A stretch of DNA of 64,000 nucleotides, taken from assembly GCA_024710845.1 (NCBI GenBank), contig JANJTZ010000023.1:12248-76247 (forward strand). Reading direction: 5' to 3'. The translations under genes were made by a program, and so were the position numbers. Origin of the DNA: Mesorhizobium sp. (lineage in GTDB: Bacteria > Pseudomonadota > Alphaproteobacteria > Rhizobiales > Rhizobiaceae). Below, piece by piece: positions 19,801 through 30,574 of the stretch. The notes beneath the pieces were generated by a model, which was not told where the DNA came from, did not search any database, and saw only the letters and a program-made list of their open reading frames with translations. How positions within the stretch are numbered: the stretch's first letter is position 1; each line of letters opens with the position of its first letter.

Positions 19801-21419
19801 TCGCCGGTCCCCTCATAGGCGAAGTAGCCGAAATCCGCCGGCTTCGCCCGGCCGGACGTGTCGAACGCCACCAAGCCGATGAAGGCGCCGGTGAAGGAGC
19901 CGTGTTCGCCGCGGCCGCCTTCGTCGGAGATAAGCGACTGGTCGAGTTCCGGCCCGACGCGGAGCCACTCGCCGCCAGTGGAATACGAGAACTGTAGCGA
20001 AGCCCCGTCGACATCTGCGCGCAGGCCGATCTCGCCTTCCGCCGGCAGGGCGATGGGCTCGTCGAGGCCGAAGGTCAGCTTGCCGTTCTGCCAGTCGCCG
20101 AGGCAGGACATGATCATCAGCGCGCGGCCGGCTTGCGGCGTGCGCGTCACCGCCAGGAAGTGGAACTTGTGCCGATTGTAGTAGCTCACCAGCCCGGCCG
20201 CCTGCTGGTAGGTGTCGGGATCAAAGGCGAGAGCGGTCTCGGCGCGATAGACGAAATGCTCCTGCCGGCGGGCGACCAGCGCCTGCTCGAACCAGCTGCC
20301 GATCGACTCGCGGCCGAACAGGCGCAATTCCTTCCCCGTCAGTGCGAAGATGCGCTCCGGCAGCGGCGTGCGCAGCCACTGGAAATCGAGCGGAAGGGTC
20401 GTGCCAGAAAAGTCGTGGCGGACGGAGACCGAGCGATCGGCTTTGCTGCCGGCACTGCCCTTCGGCGCGTCGACCTCGAGCGCCGGGACCTGGCCGCCAT
20501 GGGTCAGATAGAGCCAGCCGTCGTCGCGCCACTCGCATTTCTGGATGCCGGTCTCGCGGCCGAGCGGCGAGCGGCGGATGCCCGGCAGTGGCCGCCCCGT
20601 CAGGTGGGTGTGGTAGACCTCGCCGTCCGGCGTCTCGACGATCTGGCCGTGGCCGGCGCGCTGCAGCGGCGCGTCGGGCGCGTCCTTGGAGGTGATCGGG
20701 TGGACGAGCGGGTGCAGCTCGTAGGGGCCGGCGATGTCGCGCGACCGGGCCATGGTCACGGCGTGGCCGTAGCCGGTGCCGCCTTCGGCAGTGGTGAGAT
20801 AGTACCAGCCGCCGCGTCTGTAGAGATGCGGTGCCTCGACCAATCCATGGCTCGAGCCCGGGAAGATGTTGCGGATCCGCCCGACCAGCTTGCCCGCCTT
20901 CGCATCGTATTCCTGCAGCAGGATGCCGTCGAAGGACGGATGTTTCGGACTGCCGCCGACGCCGTGCGAGATGTGGTTCCACTGCATGTTGACGAACCAC
21001 TTCTTCCCGTCGTCGTCATGGAACAGCGACGGATCGAAGCCGGAGGAATTGACGTAGACCGGGTCGGACCACGGGCCTTCGATGGCGGGCGCGGTGACGA
21101 TGTAGTTGTGCGCGTCCTTGAAGTTGCCTTCCAGCCGCTTCACGTCGGTATAGACCAGCCAGAACAGGCCGTCGGCCCAGGACAGGCAAGGTGCCCAGAT
21201 GCCGCCGGAATCGGGATTGCCGCGCATGTCGAGCTGCGCCGCCCGGTCGAGCGGGCGCTTGACCAGCGTCCAGTTCGCCAGGTCGGTCGAATGGTGGATC
21301 TGGACGCCCGGATACCACTCGAAGGTGGAGGTGGCGATGTAATAGTCGCCTCCGACCCGGCAGATCGACGGGTCGGCGTTGAAGCCGCGCAGGATCGGGT
21401 TGCGGATCTTTGCTTGCAT
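19797..21419 (-). CDS. Glycoside hydrolase family 43 (beta-xylosidase/alpha-L-arabinofuranosidase-like)
   Basis: 540 aa starting [50 protein letters not shown]...WAPCLSW, a GH43 five-bladed propeller plus C-terminal beta-sandwich. Confidence 0.85.
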
Positions 21420-21462
21420 CTCGGCTCCTCCCAGAGCGTCGCCTGTCGCGCTCGCGGCGCAG

Positions 21463-22509
<1,047 letters not shown>

Positions 22510-22682
22510 CTGCGTCGTCTCCCGTGTCTCGCCGGCTCTCCAGCCGATCCGTCAGTGCATGGTTCTAATCGGTTAAGAGGCCGCGCTCCAGTCTTCCGGC
22601 AGCGAAAGTCACCCCTGGCGCAATCGATTACATTGATTTCTTCGGTCCGGCGCGGAACAGTCGGCCAAGCCTGTGAGGGGAA

Positions 22683-23693
22683 ATGCCGAACCGCCTGCCG
22701 ACGATCAGGGACGTAGCGCGTGCTGCCAGTGTCTCCGCCGCGACGGTGAGCCGCGCACTGTCCTTTCCGGACAAGGTTTCGGAGGCGACGCGGCTGTCCG
22801 TGCTTCGGGCGGTGCAGGACACCGGCTATGCCGTCAACCAGGTCGCCCGGAGCCTCAGGCGGCGCACCACGGGCACAATCGTCGTGTTCGTGCCCAATAT
22901 CGGCAATCAGTTCTTCTCGCGCATCCTCGCCGGCATCGAGTCGGCGGCGAGCCGCGCCGGCTATACCGTGCTGATCTCCGATACCCGTCCGCTGGCCGGC
23001 GGCGGCATGCTGATGGATTTCGTGCGCAACAACCGGGCAGACGGTCTCATCTCGCTCGACGGCGTGCTGCCGCGGCAGATCCTTCCGGCCGCGTCGGCGG
23101 GCCGCCGCACGCCGGCACTGGTCTTTGCCTGCGAATGGCAGGACGGGCTCGGTATCCCTTCGGTGCGGTTCGACAATGAGGGCGGTGCGATACTCGCGGT
23201 CGACCATCTCGTCTCGCTCGGCCATGCGCGCATCGGCCACCTGCTCGGCCCGGCCGGGAACGTGCTGACGGGCGCGCGTCTTGCCGGCTTCACGACCGCG
23301 ATGGCGAGGCACGCCTTGCCGGTCCGGGACGACTGGATTCTGCAGGGCGATTTCACGCTCGAATCCGGCGTCCGGGCTGCCCGGGAATGGCTGGACCTTG
23401 CCGACCGGCCAAGCGCGATGTTCCTCGCCAATGACGAAATGGCGTTCGGCTTCATCTCGGAACTGCACCGCCACGGCGTCGAGGTACCGCGCGACCTGTC
23501 GGTGGTTGCCTTCGACGACATCGACATCGCCGAGCGCTACATCCCCGCGCTCACCACCGTGCGGCAGCCCCGGCACGAGATCGGCGAGGCGGCGTTTACG
23601 ACGTTCCTGGAAGCCTTCAATGGAGAAGTGCCCGAAATGATACGGACGTTGCCGGCAACGCTGATCGTGCGGGAAAGTACCCGGGCCGTCTAG
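22683..23693 (+). CDS. LacI family transcriptional regulator
   Basis: 336 aa; N-terminal HTH TIRDVARAASVSAATVSRAL followed by a periplasmic-binding-protein-like sugar-binding fold. Confidence 0.9.
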   Translation: MPNRLPTIRDVARAASVSAATVSRALSFPDKVSEATRLSVLRAVQDTGYAVNQVARSLRRRTTGTIVVFVPNIGNQFFSRILAGIESAASRAGYTVLISDTRPLAGGGMLMDFVRNNRADGLISLDGVLPRQILPAASAGRRTPALVFACEWQDGLGIPSVRFDNEGGAILAVDHLVSLGHARIGHLLGPAGNVLTGARLAGFTTAMARHALPVRDDWILQGDFTLESGVRAAREWLDLADRPSAMFLANDEMAFGFISELHRHGVEVPRDLSVVAFDDIDIAERYIPALTTVRQPRHEIGEAAFTTFLEAFNGEVPEMIRTLPATLIVRESTRAV

Positions 23694-25117
23694 CCGGCCA
23701 TGTGGCCGCCCCAGGGGCCGTGATGCGCGCCGATGGCATCGATCCGTTCGAAGCCGTGCGCGCCGAAGAAGTCGCGCTGCGCCTGGACCAGGTTCGCCGT
23801 GCCGCGCCCGAGGCGGTAAGCGTCGAAATAAGCGAGCGCCGAGGAGATGGCAGGCACCGCGAGGCCATGCGTGGCGGCGGCGGCGACGATCCGGCGCAGC
23901 GACGGCTCGGCCCTGGCGACCATCGACACGAAGGCCGGCGAGACGAGCAGATTTGCGAGATCGGGACGCGCCTCGAACGCCGAGGCAATCGTGTCGAGGA
24001 ACTGCGAGCGGATGATGCAGCCGGCGCGCCAGATGCGGGCGACGGTTGCCATCGGCAGGTCCCAGCCGAACTCCTGCGAGGCCGCGCGCATGACGGCGAA
24101 GCCTTGCGCATAGGCGGCGATCTTGGCGGCGAACAGGGCCTGCTCCAGGTCTGCCAGCAAGGCGTCGCGATCGGCCCCTTCGATCGGCCTCACCGGCGAA
24201 CCGTAGGCGCGCTCGGCCGCCTCGCGTTCCTCCTTCATCGAGGACAGGCTGCGCGCGGCGACCGCCGCCTCGATCCCTGTGGCGGGGACGCCCATCATCT
24301 GCGCCTCAATGACGGCCCAGCGGCCGGTGCCCTTCTGGCCGGCGCTGTCGACGATCACGTCCGTCATCGACCTGCCGGTCCTCGGATCATCCGCCGCCAG
24401 CACGGCCGCGGTGATCTCGATCAGGTAGGAATTGAGCGGTCCCTCGTTCCAGCGGCCGAAGACCTGGCCGATCTCCTTTGCCGGCATGCCGAGCCCGTCG
24501 CGCAGGACACCGTAAACCTCCGCAATCATCTGCATGTCGGCATATTCGATGCCGTTGTGCAGCGTCTTGACGAAATGCCCGGCGCCGTCCGGTCCGAGCC
24601 AGGCGGCGCAGGCCTCGCCGTGGAAACGCGCGGCGATGTCCGTCAGCACGCCCTCGACGCGGGTCCAGGAGTCCTTCGCCCCTCCGACCATGATGGACGG
24701 TCCGTGGCGCGCGCCCTCCTCGCCACCCGACACACCGACCCCGAGGAACTCGATGCCCGAGCCTTCAAGCTCGGCGAAGCGGCGCATCGTGTCGCGGAAA
24801 TTGGCATTGCCGGCGTCGATAATGATGTCGCCCGGCGAGAGCAGCTTGCGCAGCGCGGCGATCTGCTCGTCGACGGCCTTGCCGGCCTGGACCATGATGA
24901 TGATCGGGCGCGGCGGCCGGATCGCGGCGACGAGATCCTTGAGAGACGTGCAGGGAATGATGTTCTCGCGCAGTTGCTCGGCGTTCTCGAAGAACAGGCC
25001 GGTGCGCGAGGCCGTGCGGTTGTAGACCGCGATCGGATGACCTTTCTCGGCGATGTTGAGCGCGAGGTTTGACCCCATCACGCCGAGCCCGATCAATCCG
25101 ATTTCAGCATGCGACAT
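23690..25117 (-). CDS. gnd: NADP-dependent 6-phosphogluconate dehydrogenase (decarboxylating)
   Basis: 475 aa starting MSHAEIGLIGLGVMGSNLALNIAEKGH...GHFVKTLHNGIEYADMQ. The ORF extension to 25315 is rejected. Confidence 0.95.
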   Translation of the reverse strand: MSHAEIGLIGLGVMGSNLALNIAEKGHPIAVYNRTASRTGLFFENAEQLRENIIPCTSLKDLVAAIRPPRPIIIMVQAGKAVDEQIAALRKLLSPGDIIIDAGNANFRDTMRRFAELEGSGIEFLGVGVSGGEEGARHGPSIMVGGAKDSWTRVEGVLTDIAARFHGEACAAWLGPDGAGHFVKTLHNGIEYADMQMIAEVYGVLRDGLGMPAKEIGQVFGRWNEGPLNSYLIEITAAVLAADDPRTGRSMTDVIVDSAGQKGTGRWAVIEAQMMGVPATGIEAAVAARSLSSMKEEREAAERAYGSPVRPIEGADRDALLADLEQALFAAKIAAYAQGFAVMRAASQEFGWDLPMATVARIWRAGCIIRSQFLDTIASAFEARPDLANLLVSPAFVSMVARAEPSLRRIVAAAATHGLAVPAISSALAYFDAYRLGRGTANLVQAQRDFFGAHGFERIDAIGAHHGPWGGHMAG

Positions 25118-25238
25118 CGCTTCTTCCCTTGAGTTTTCTGGGTACTCTTTGCGAGCTTGGAAGAATGATGGACGGGCGCGCACCCTCCCGTCAACGCAAC
25201 ATGATGCATGCAAACCATGCAGAAACGTGCTGCCGTGC

Positions 25239-25583
25239 CTATTTTTCGAGGAATTCGGCCCGCATCGGCGTGAAAGTGTCGACGAGCCTTCCGCTCTCAA
25301 GTGCTGTGACGCCATGTTCGAGACCAGACGGCACGATGAAGCTGTCGCCCTGCTTCAGCACCTCTGCGTGTCCATCTATGGTCACTTCAAAGCTACCCTC
25401 TGCGACATAACTCGACTGTACATGCGGATGTGAATGGAGCCAGCCAACTCCGCCTTTTGCGAAGGCGAATTCAACCATCATCAATTCATCAGTGTAAAGC
25501 ATCACACGACGCATGTTGCCGTCGACCGTACGGCTCCAAATGCCGTCGCCGGCCCGAGAGAACATCACTTTGCCATGTGTCAT
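25239..25583 (-). CDS. Cupin domain protein
   Basis: 114 aa; GWLHSHPHVQSSYVAEGSFEV...GDSFIVPSGLEHG is the two-motif cupin metal site. Hand-counted GC is about 47-58%. Confidence 0.7.
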   Translation of the reverse strand: MTHGKVMFSRAGDGIWSRTVDGNMRRVMLYTDELMMVEFAFAKGGVGWLHSHPHVQSSYVAEGSFEVTIDGHAEVLKQGDSFIVPSGLEHGVTALESGRLVDTFTPMRAEFLEK

Positions 25584-25641
25584 GGTTTCGCCATCCGAGT
25601 CGCTCCGCTCGCGGATCCTCCCCCACCTCCCACCAGCGTCG

Positions 25642-26169
25642 TCAGTAGACGATGTCCACCTGATTGGTGACAATCTGTGTGCCAACCCCAACAGTCACAA
25701 CCTCGGCAAGGTCGGTTCCAAGGGGGCGCGACTGCAGTTTCTCGAGCTGCTTGCTCTCGCCGAACTTAATCGTTCCGAACTTCGTGATGAGATTACTATG
25801 GTACGGGTTTGCCTGAAACGTCCCGCCAAATACATTCCCGTCCTTATCCCGAAGCTGGAAATGGATGGTCACACCATAGGTTGTCTTCGTACTAACCTGT
25901 TTGGCGGCGGAGTTCGGGCCTACGGAGACCTGATACGCGTAGTGGAAGACGATGTTGTTCACGTCTCGATAGAGCTTGACGGAGGGTTCGATCGTGAACA
26001 CAGAGGTACCACCCGCACTGTAGTCAATGACGAAATCCTGCTTCGAAAAAAAATAGACGGGGCCATATGTCGGATCGCTTCCGATCATAGAGATCGACAG
26101 TATTTCCTCCGCCGGCGAACCAAGAACCTCCTGCTTCTTCACGAGACTCTTGCTTGCTCTACTGTCCAT
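25642..26169 (-). CDS. Hypothetical protein (orphan, low GC, beta-rich)
   Basis: 175-aa ORF with an AGAGGGG Shine-Dalgarno 6 nt before the ATG. GC is about 47-55% in hand-counted lines against about 70% in the flanking kduD. No signal peptide and no recognised motif. Confidence 0.5.
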   Translation of the reverse strand: MDSRASKSLVKKQEVLGSPAEEILSISMIGSDPTYGPVYFFSKQDFVIDYSAGGTSVFTIEPSVKLYRDVNNIVFHYAYQVSVGPNSAAKQVSTKTTYGVTIHFQLRDKDGNVFGGTFQANPYHSNLITKFGTIKFGESKQLEKLQSRPLGTDLAEVVTVGVGTQIVTNQVDIVY

Positions 26170-26182
26170 TTTTTTCCCCTCT

Positions 26183-26201
26183 GTACTTAAGTTCTAAGTA
26201 C
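26183..26201 (-). promoter_or_regulatory. Perfect dyad GTACTTA-N5-TAAGTAC just upstream of the orphan gene's RBS
   Basis: 7-bp perfect arms with a 5-bp spacer, 14-32 nt upstream of the ATG at 26169. Could be an operator or a 5'-UTR hairpin. Confidence 0.3.
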
Positions 26202-26245
26202 GGAACACGACGATCGGATGTCAATGCCCCGCAAGTTACCCTCTC

Positions 26246-27004
26246 CTACCTCGCGAGCCAGCCGCCATCGACCGGCAGGATAGCTCCGTGGACATAGTTC
26301 GCCGCGTCGCTGGCAAGGTAGACTGCCGTGCCGCCGATGTCCTGGGCGCTGCCCCAGCGGCCCGCCGGAATGCGCTTGAGGATGTCGACCGAGCGCTCCG
26401 GATCGTTGCGCAGCGCCTCCGTGTTGTTGGTGACGATGTAGCCCGGCGCGATGGCATTGACGTTGATGCCCTTGGCCGCCCACTCGTTGGCGAGGATGCG
26501 CGTGAGGCCGGCGAGACCGCTTTTCGCGGCGGTGTAGGAGGCGATGCGGATACCGCCCTGGAAGGACATCAGCGAGGCGATGTTGACGACCTTGCCGGTG
26601 CGCCCGGCGGCAAACACCTGCCGAGCGAAGGCCTGAGAGAGCAGGAAGACGCTCTTCAGGTTGACGTCGAGCACGTCGTCCCAGTCGGTTTCCGTGAAAT
26701 CGATCGCGGCGGCGCGGCGGATGATGCCGGCATTGTTGATGAGGATGTCGATCGGGCCAAACGCGTCCCAGGCCGCGTCGAGCATCGGACCGACGCTCCC
26801 GGTCTGGCCGAGATCCGCCTTGATCGCGGTCACCTTGCCGCCCGCGCCGCGGATCGCGGCCTCCGTCTCCGCCATCGACGAGCGGCCGACCGCGAGCACT
26901 TCGGCGCCGGCTGCCGCGAGCGAGATCGCGATGCCCTGGCCGATGCCGGTGTTGGCGCCTGTGACCATGGCGCGGCGGCCTTCCAGACTGAAGGGATTGC
27001 TCAT
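26246..27004 (-). CDS. kduD: 2-dehydro-3-deoxy-D-gluconate 5-dehydrogenase (SDR)
   Basis: 252 aa; TGANTGIGQG Rossmann motif and Y-x3-K (ASYTAAKSG). Immediately downstream of kduI with an ATGA overlap. Confidence 0.85.
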   Translation of the reverse strand: MSNPFSLEGRRAMVTGANTGIGQGIAISLAAAGAEVLAVGRSSMAETEAAIRGAGGKVTAIKADLGQTGSVGPMLDAAWDAFGPIDILINNAGIIRRAAAIDFTETDWDDVLDVNLKSVFLLSQAFARQVFAAGRTGKVVNIASLMSFQGGIRIASYTAAKSGLAGLTRILANEWAAKGINVNAIAPGYIVTNNTEALRNDPERSVDILKRIPAGRWGSAQDIGGTAVYLASDAANYVHGAILPVDGGWLAR

Positions 27005-27837
27005 CTCAGATCTCCCATCGCAACCATGTCGACGTCCTTGTAGTCGACATTATCGCCCGCCATCGCCCAGATGAACGTGTAGTTCGACGTCCCGGCACCG
27101 GAATGGATCGACCAGCCAGGCGAGAGGATCGCCTCCTCGTTCTTGACCACCAGGTGGCGTGTCTCGGTGGGCTCGCCCATGAAATGGAAGACGCGCGCGT
27201 TGTCGTCCAGCGCGAAGTAGAGATAGGCCTCCGAGCGCCGGTCGTGCACGTGGCAGGGCATCGTGTTCCAGACCGAGCCGGGCGCGAGCACCGTCATGCC
27301 GACGACGAGCTGGCAGGTCTGCAGAACGTCCGGATGGATGAACTGGTAGATCGAGCGCTCGTTGGACGTCGCCTGCGAACCGAGGTCGAGCCTGTTGGCC
27401 TCGGCGATGCGCACGAGGCGGTTCGGATAGGCGTGATGCGCTGGCGCGCTGAGCAGGTAGAACTTGGCGGGGTTTGCCGGATCGGCGCTGGCAAAGGAGA
27501 CTTCGCCGGCGCCCATGCCGAGATAGAGCATGTCGCGATGGTCGAGCGCGAAGCTCTCGCCGCCAACCGCGATCGTGCCCTTGCCGCCGACATTGACCGC
27601 GACGAGTTCGCGCCGGTCGAGAAAGGAGGGCGTGCCCGTCGGCTTGACCGGCTCTAGCTTCAGCACGTTGCCCACAGGCGTCGCCCCGCCGACGATCAGG
27701 CGGTCGAGATGCGAATAGGTCAGCCTGACTTCGCCGGGCGAAAACAGGTTCTGGATCAGGAACTCGGCGCGAAGCTGTTCGGTGCCGTAGGCCGCGGCCG
27801 CCCGCGGATCGATCGCCGGTCTGGTTTCAACATGCAT
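27001..27837 (-). CDS. kduI: 5-dehydro-4-deoxy-D-glucuronate isomerase
   Basis: 278 aa starting MHVETRPAIDPRAAAAYGTEQLRAEFLIQNLF...CHVHDRRSEAYLYF, KduI-like. Confidence 0.9.
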   Translation of the reverse strand: MHVETRPAIDPRAAAAYGTEQLRAEFLIQNLFSPGEVRLTYSHLDRLIVGGATPVGNVLKLEPVKPTGTPSFLDRRELVAVNVGGKGTIAVGGESFALDHRDMLYLGMGAGEVSFASADPANPAKFYLLSAPAHHAYPNRLVRIAEANRLDLGSQATSNERSIYQFIHPDVLQTCQLVVGMTVLAPGSVWNTMPCHVHDRRSEAYLYFALDDNARVFHFMGEPTETRHLVVKNEEAILSPGWSIHSGAGTSNYTFIWAMAGDNVDYKDVDMVAMGDLR

Positions 27838-27875
27838 TGGTTCGACTTTCCTGACTTGATTGTGAAACAGGCCGC

Positions 27876-28628
27876 TCAACCCGCGGCGGTGGGCACGCGT
27901 CCCGCCGTGCTGCCGTGCAGGAGGCTCTGGTAGCGGCGCTGGCTGGCCGACAGGTGCCTCCGCATCGCGTCGCGCGCCGACGTGGCGTCGCCGTCGATGA
28001 TGGCGTTCATAATGTCGCGATGTTCCGTCTGCAGCCGCTGCTGATAGTCGGACGAGCGCAGCAGGCCTGCGGACAGGGTCGTGACGATGTCGCGGGGAAT
28101 GGTCCGCCGGCCAAGCACGTCGAGGATCTCGACATAGAACGGATTGCTGGTGGCGGCCGCGATCGCCCGGTGGAAGGCAAAGTCCGCCGCGCCCGTTGGC
28201 TCTCCGCGAGTAATCTGGCTGTCGAACTCGGAGAACGCGGCGAGGATGTCGGCTTCCTGCGAGGCTGTGCGGCGCTGCGCCGCCAGCGCCGCCGCCTCGA
28301 TCTCGATCGCCATGCGGACCTCGAGCACGTTCAGCACCATCGAAACCTTGCCGGTCATGTCGGCAAGCAGCGTTTCCAGCAGCGCCTCGGGCCGGTCGTT
28401 GACGAAGACGCCGGCGCCCTGGCGCGCCGTCACGAGCCCGTCGGCCGCGAGCCTGGTGACCGCCTCGCGCACGACGGTGCGGCTGACGCCATGTTCCTCG
28501 GTCATCTGCTGCTCGGTCGGCAGCCGCGCTCCGGGCTTCAGCGTGCCGGAGCTGATCTTGGCGCGGATCTCGTCGACCAGCCGGTCGGCGAGCTTGGGCC
28601 TGCGCAGCGAGGTTGGCGCGATCTCCAT
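27876..28628 (-). CDS. GntR family (FadR/FCD subfamily) transcriptional regulator
   Basis: 250 aa starting MEIAPTSLRRPKLADRLVDEIRAKISSGTLKPGARLPTEQQMTEEHGVSRTVVREAVTRL, plus an FCD domain. Confidence 0.85.
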   Translation of the reverse strand: MEIAPTSLRRPKLADRLVDEIRAKISSGTLKPGARLPTEQQMTEEHGVSRTVVREAVTRLAADGLVTARQGAGVFVNDRPEALLETLLADMTGKVSMVLNVLEVRMAIEIEAAALAAQRRTASQEADILAAFSEFDSQITRGEPTGAADFAFHRAIAAATSNPFYVEILDVLGRRTIPRDIVTTLSAGLLRSSDYQQRLQTEHRDIMNAIIDGDATSARDAMRRHLSASQRRYQSLLHGSTAGRVPTAAG

Positions 28629-28635
28629 CAAGGCC

Positions 28636-29916
28636 TCAGCGGAACAGTGCCGGCAGCCAGAGCGACAGCGCCGGAATATAGGTGACCAGTCCGAGCACCA
28701 CGATCCCCGCGCCGTAGAACGGCCAGATCGAACGCATGGCTTCCCAGACACTGATCTTGCCCACCGCGCAGGCGACGAACTGTACGGCCCCAACGGGTGG
28801 GGTGTTCAGCCCTATGCCGAGGTTCAGGATCATGATCACGCCGAAGTGGACCGGATCGATGCCGTAGGCCTGGGCCACCGGCAGGAAGATCGGCGTCACG
28901 ATGATGATCGTCGGTCCCATGTCCATGAACGTGCCCAGCAGCAGCATGATCAGGTTCAACAGGAGCAGGATGACCAGCGGGTTTTCGGACACCGCGTTCA
29001 TCGAAGCGACGAGCGCGGCGGGCACCTTGAGGAAGGCCATCAGCCAGGAGAAGGCGGCCGCCATGCCGATGATGATGAGCACCATCGCGGTCGTCCGCAC
29101 GGCCCCCATCGTCGCATGGATGAAGCCTTCCCACGTCATCTGGCGATAGACCAGAATCGTGACAAGCAGCGCGTAGATGACCGCGATGCACGAGCTTTCC
29201 GTCGCGGTGAAGACGCCCGAGCGCACACCGCCGAAGATGATCGCGATCAGAAGCAGGCCGGGCAGCGCCACTACGAAAAGGTGCAGCACCATCATGAAGC
29301 CGGGGAAGGGCTCCGTCGGGTAGCCGCGCCTGCGCGCCACGATGTAGGCGGTGATCATCAGCGACAGTGCCAAAAGCATGCCGGGGATGATGCCGGCCGT
29401 GAACAGATCGGCGATCGAGATCTGCCCGCCGGCCGAGATCGAATAGATGATCATGTTGTGCGACGGTGGGATCAGCAGGGCGATCAGCGCCGCCATCGAG
29501 GTGACGTTGACGGCATAGTCGACGCCGTAGCCGCGCGCCTTCATCTGCGGGATCATCAGGCCGCCGACGGCCGCCGCCTCGGCCACCGCGGAACCCGAAA
29601 TGCCGCCGAACAGCGTCGCCGTGACGATGTTGACCTGACCTAGGCCGCCCCTGACATGGCCGATCAGCGAGGCGGCGAAAGCGACGATCTTCTGCGCGAT
29701 ACCGCCCCGCACCATGAGGTCGCCGGCATAGATGAAGAAGGGGATGGCGAGCAAAGAGAAGACGCTCATGCCCGAGTTCAGCCGCTGGAACACGACGAGC
29801 GGGGGCAGGCCCATGTAGAGCACTGTGGCGAAGCTGGCGACGCCGAGGCAGAACGCGATCGGCGTTCCGGTCAGCATCAGGAGCGTGAAGGTTCCGAAGA
29901 GGATCCAGAGTTCCAT
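28636..29916 (-). CDS. dctM: TRAP transporter large permease subunit
   Basis: 426 aa, polytopic, DctM-like (MELWILFGTFTLLMLTGTPIAFCLG...). Confidence 0.9.
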   Translation of the reverse strand: MELWILFGTFTLLMLTGTPIAFCLGVASFATVLYMGLPPLVVFQRLNSGMSVFSLLAIPFFIYAGDLMVRGGIAQKIVAFAASLIGHVRGGLGQVNIVTATLFGGISGSAVAEAAAVGGLMIPQMKARGYGVDYAVNVTSMAALIALLIPPSHNMIIYSISAGGQISIADLFTAGIIPGMLLALSLMITAYIVARRRGYPTEPFPGFMMVLHLFVVALPGLLLIAIIFGGVRSGVFTATESSCIAVIYALLVTILVYRQMTWEGFIHATMGAVRTTAMVLIIIGMAAAFSWLMAFLKVPAALVASMNAVSENPLVILLLLNLIMLLLGTFMDMGPTIIIVTPIFLPVAQAYGIDPVHFGVIMILNLGIGLNTPPVGAVQFVACAVGKISVWEAMRSIWPFYGAGIVVLGLVTYIPALSLWLPALFR

Positions 29917-29920
29917 CGCG

Positions 29921-30502
29921 TCAGGCCTTCGAATTCAAAGGAATGTCGGCGTTGTCGAGTTCAGCGGCGACCTCGGCCGGTACCTCGTCGGCGACTTCGT
30001 CGATGGGCACGCCCGACAGGCGCTTGACGATGCGCTCGGCGGCGAAGAGGCAGATCAGAAAGCCGCCTCCGACGACGGGAAAGTAATCATGCGCGCCGGA
30101 AATGCCGAGTGACGGCAAGGTCGTGTTCCAGGTCAGCGCGACGAGCTGCGAGCCGTACCAGACCATACCTGTCCCGAAAGCGAGGATGACGATGTCGGAG
30201 ATCATGCGCAGCACGCGCTTGCCCGTGCTTGGCAGGACATAAAGCAGCACGTCGAAGCCGAGATGGTAGTTTTCGCGCACGCCGACGGCCGCGCCGAGGA
30301 AGATGAACCAGCTCATCAGGAGAACGGCGCCAGGCTCCGTCCAGCTGGGCGAATCGTTGAGAATGTAGCGGCAGAACACCTGCCAGGCGACGAAGCCGGT
30401 CATGGCGACCAAGCCGGCGCCGGCCGCCCAGAGCGCCAGTGTGCTGAGCATGCCTAAAAGGCTGGCGGCGCCTCTCAGTCGATTGTCGGATGGAGCGGAC
30501 AC
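29921..30502 (-). CDS. dctQ: TRAP transporter small permease subunit
   Basis: 193 aa with four hydrophobic helices, lying between dctP and dctM. Confidence 0.8.
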   Translation of the reverse strand: MSAPSDNRLRGAASLLGMLSTLALWAAGAGLVAMTGFVAWQVFCRYILNDSPSWTEPGAVLLMSWFIFLGAAVGVRENYHLGFDVLLYVLPSTGKRVLRMISDIVILAFGTGMVWYGSQLVALTWNTTLPSLGISGAHDYFPVVGGGFLICLFAAERIVKRLSGVPIDEVADEVPAEVAAELDNADIPLNSKA

Positions 30503-30574
30503 GTTCGACCCTTGTGTTGCGGGGACACGGATGCTCCGCCCGGCTCGCCGCCGGGCGGAAGCGTTAGTCGTGAC

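Noticed and set aside
22622-22629. AATCGATT palindrome as the LacI-family operator in the AKR/LacI divergent region
   Set aside because: Only an 8-bp perfect core. The flanks match the LacI-type 14-20-bp palindrome poorly (about 5/8 per extended half-site). Too short to call.
25205-25221. TGCATG-N5-CATGCA dyad between the cupin stop and the gnd start
   Set aside because: It is a perfect 6-bp dyad, but it could equally be a weak terminator stem for the cupin transcript or chance. It has no supporting U-tract or promoter context.
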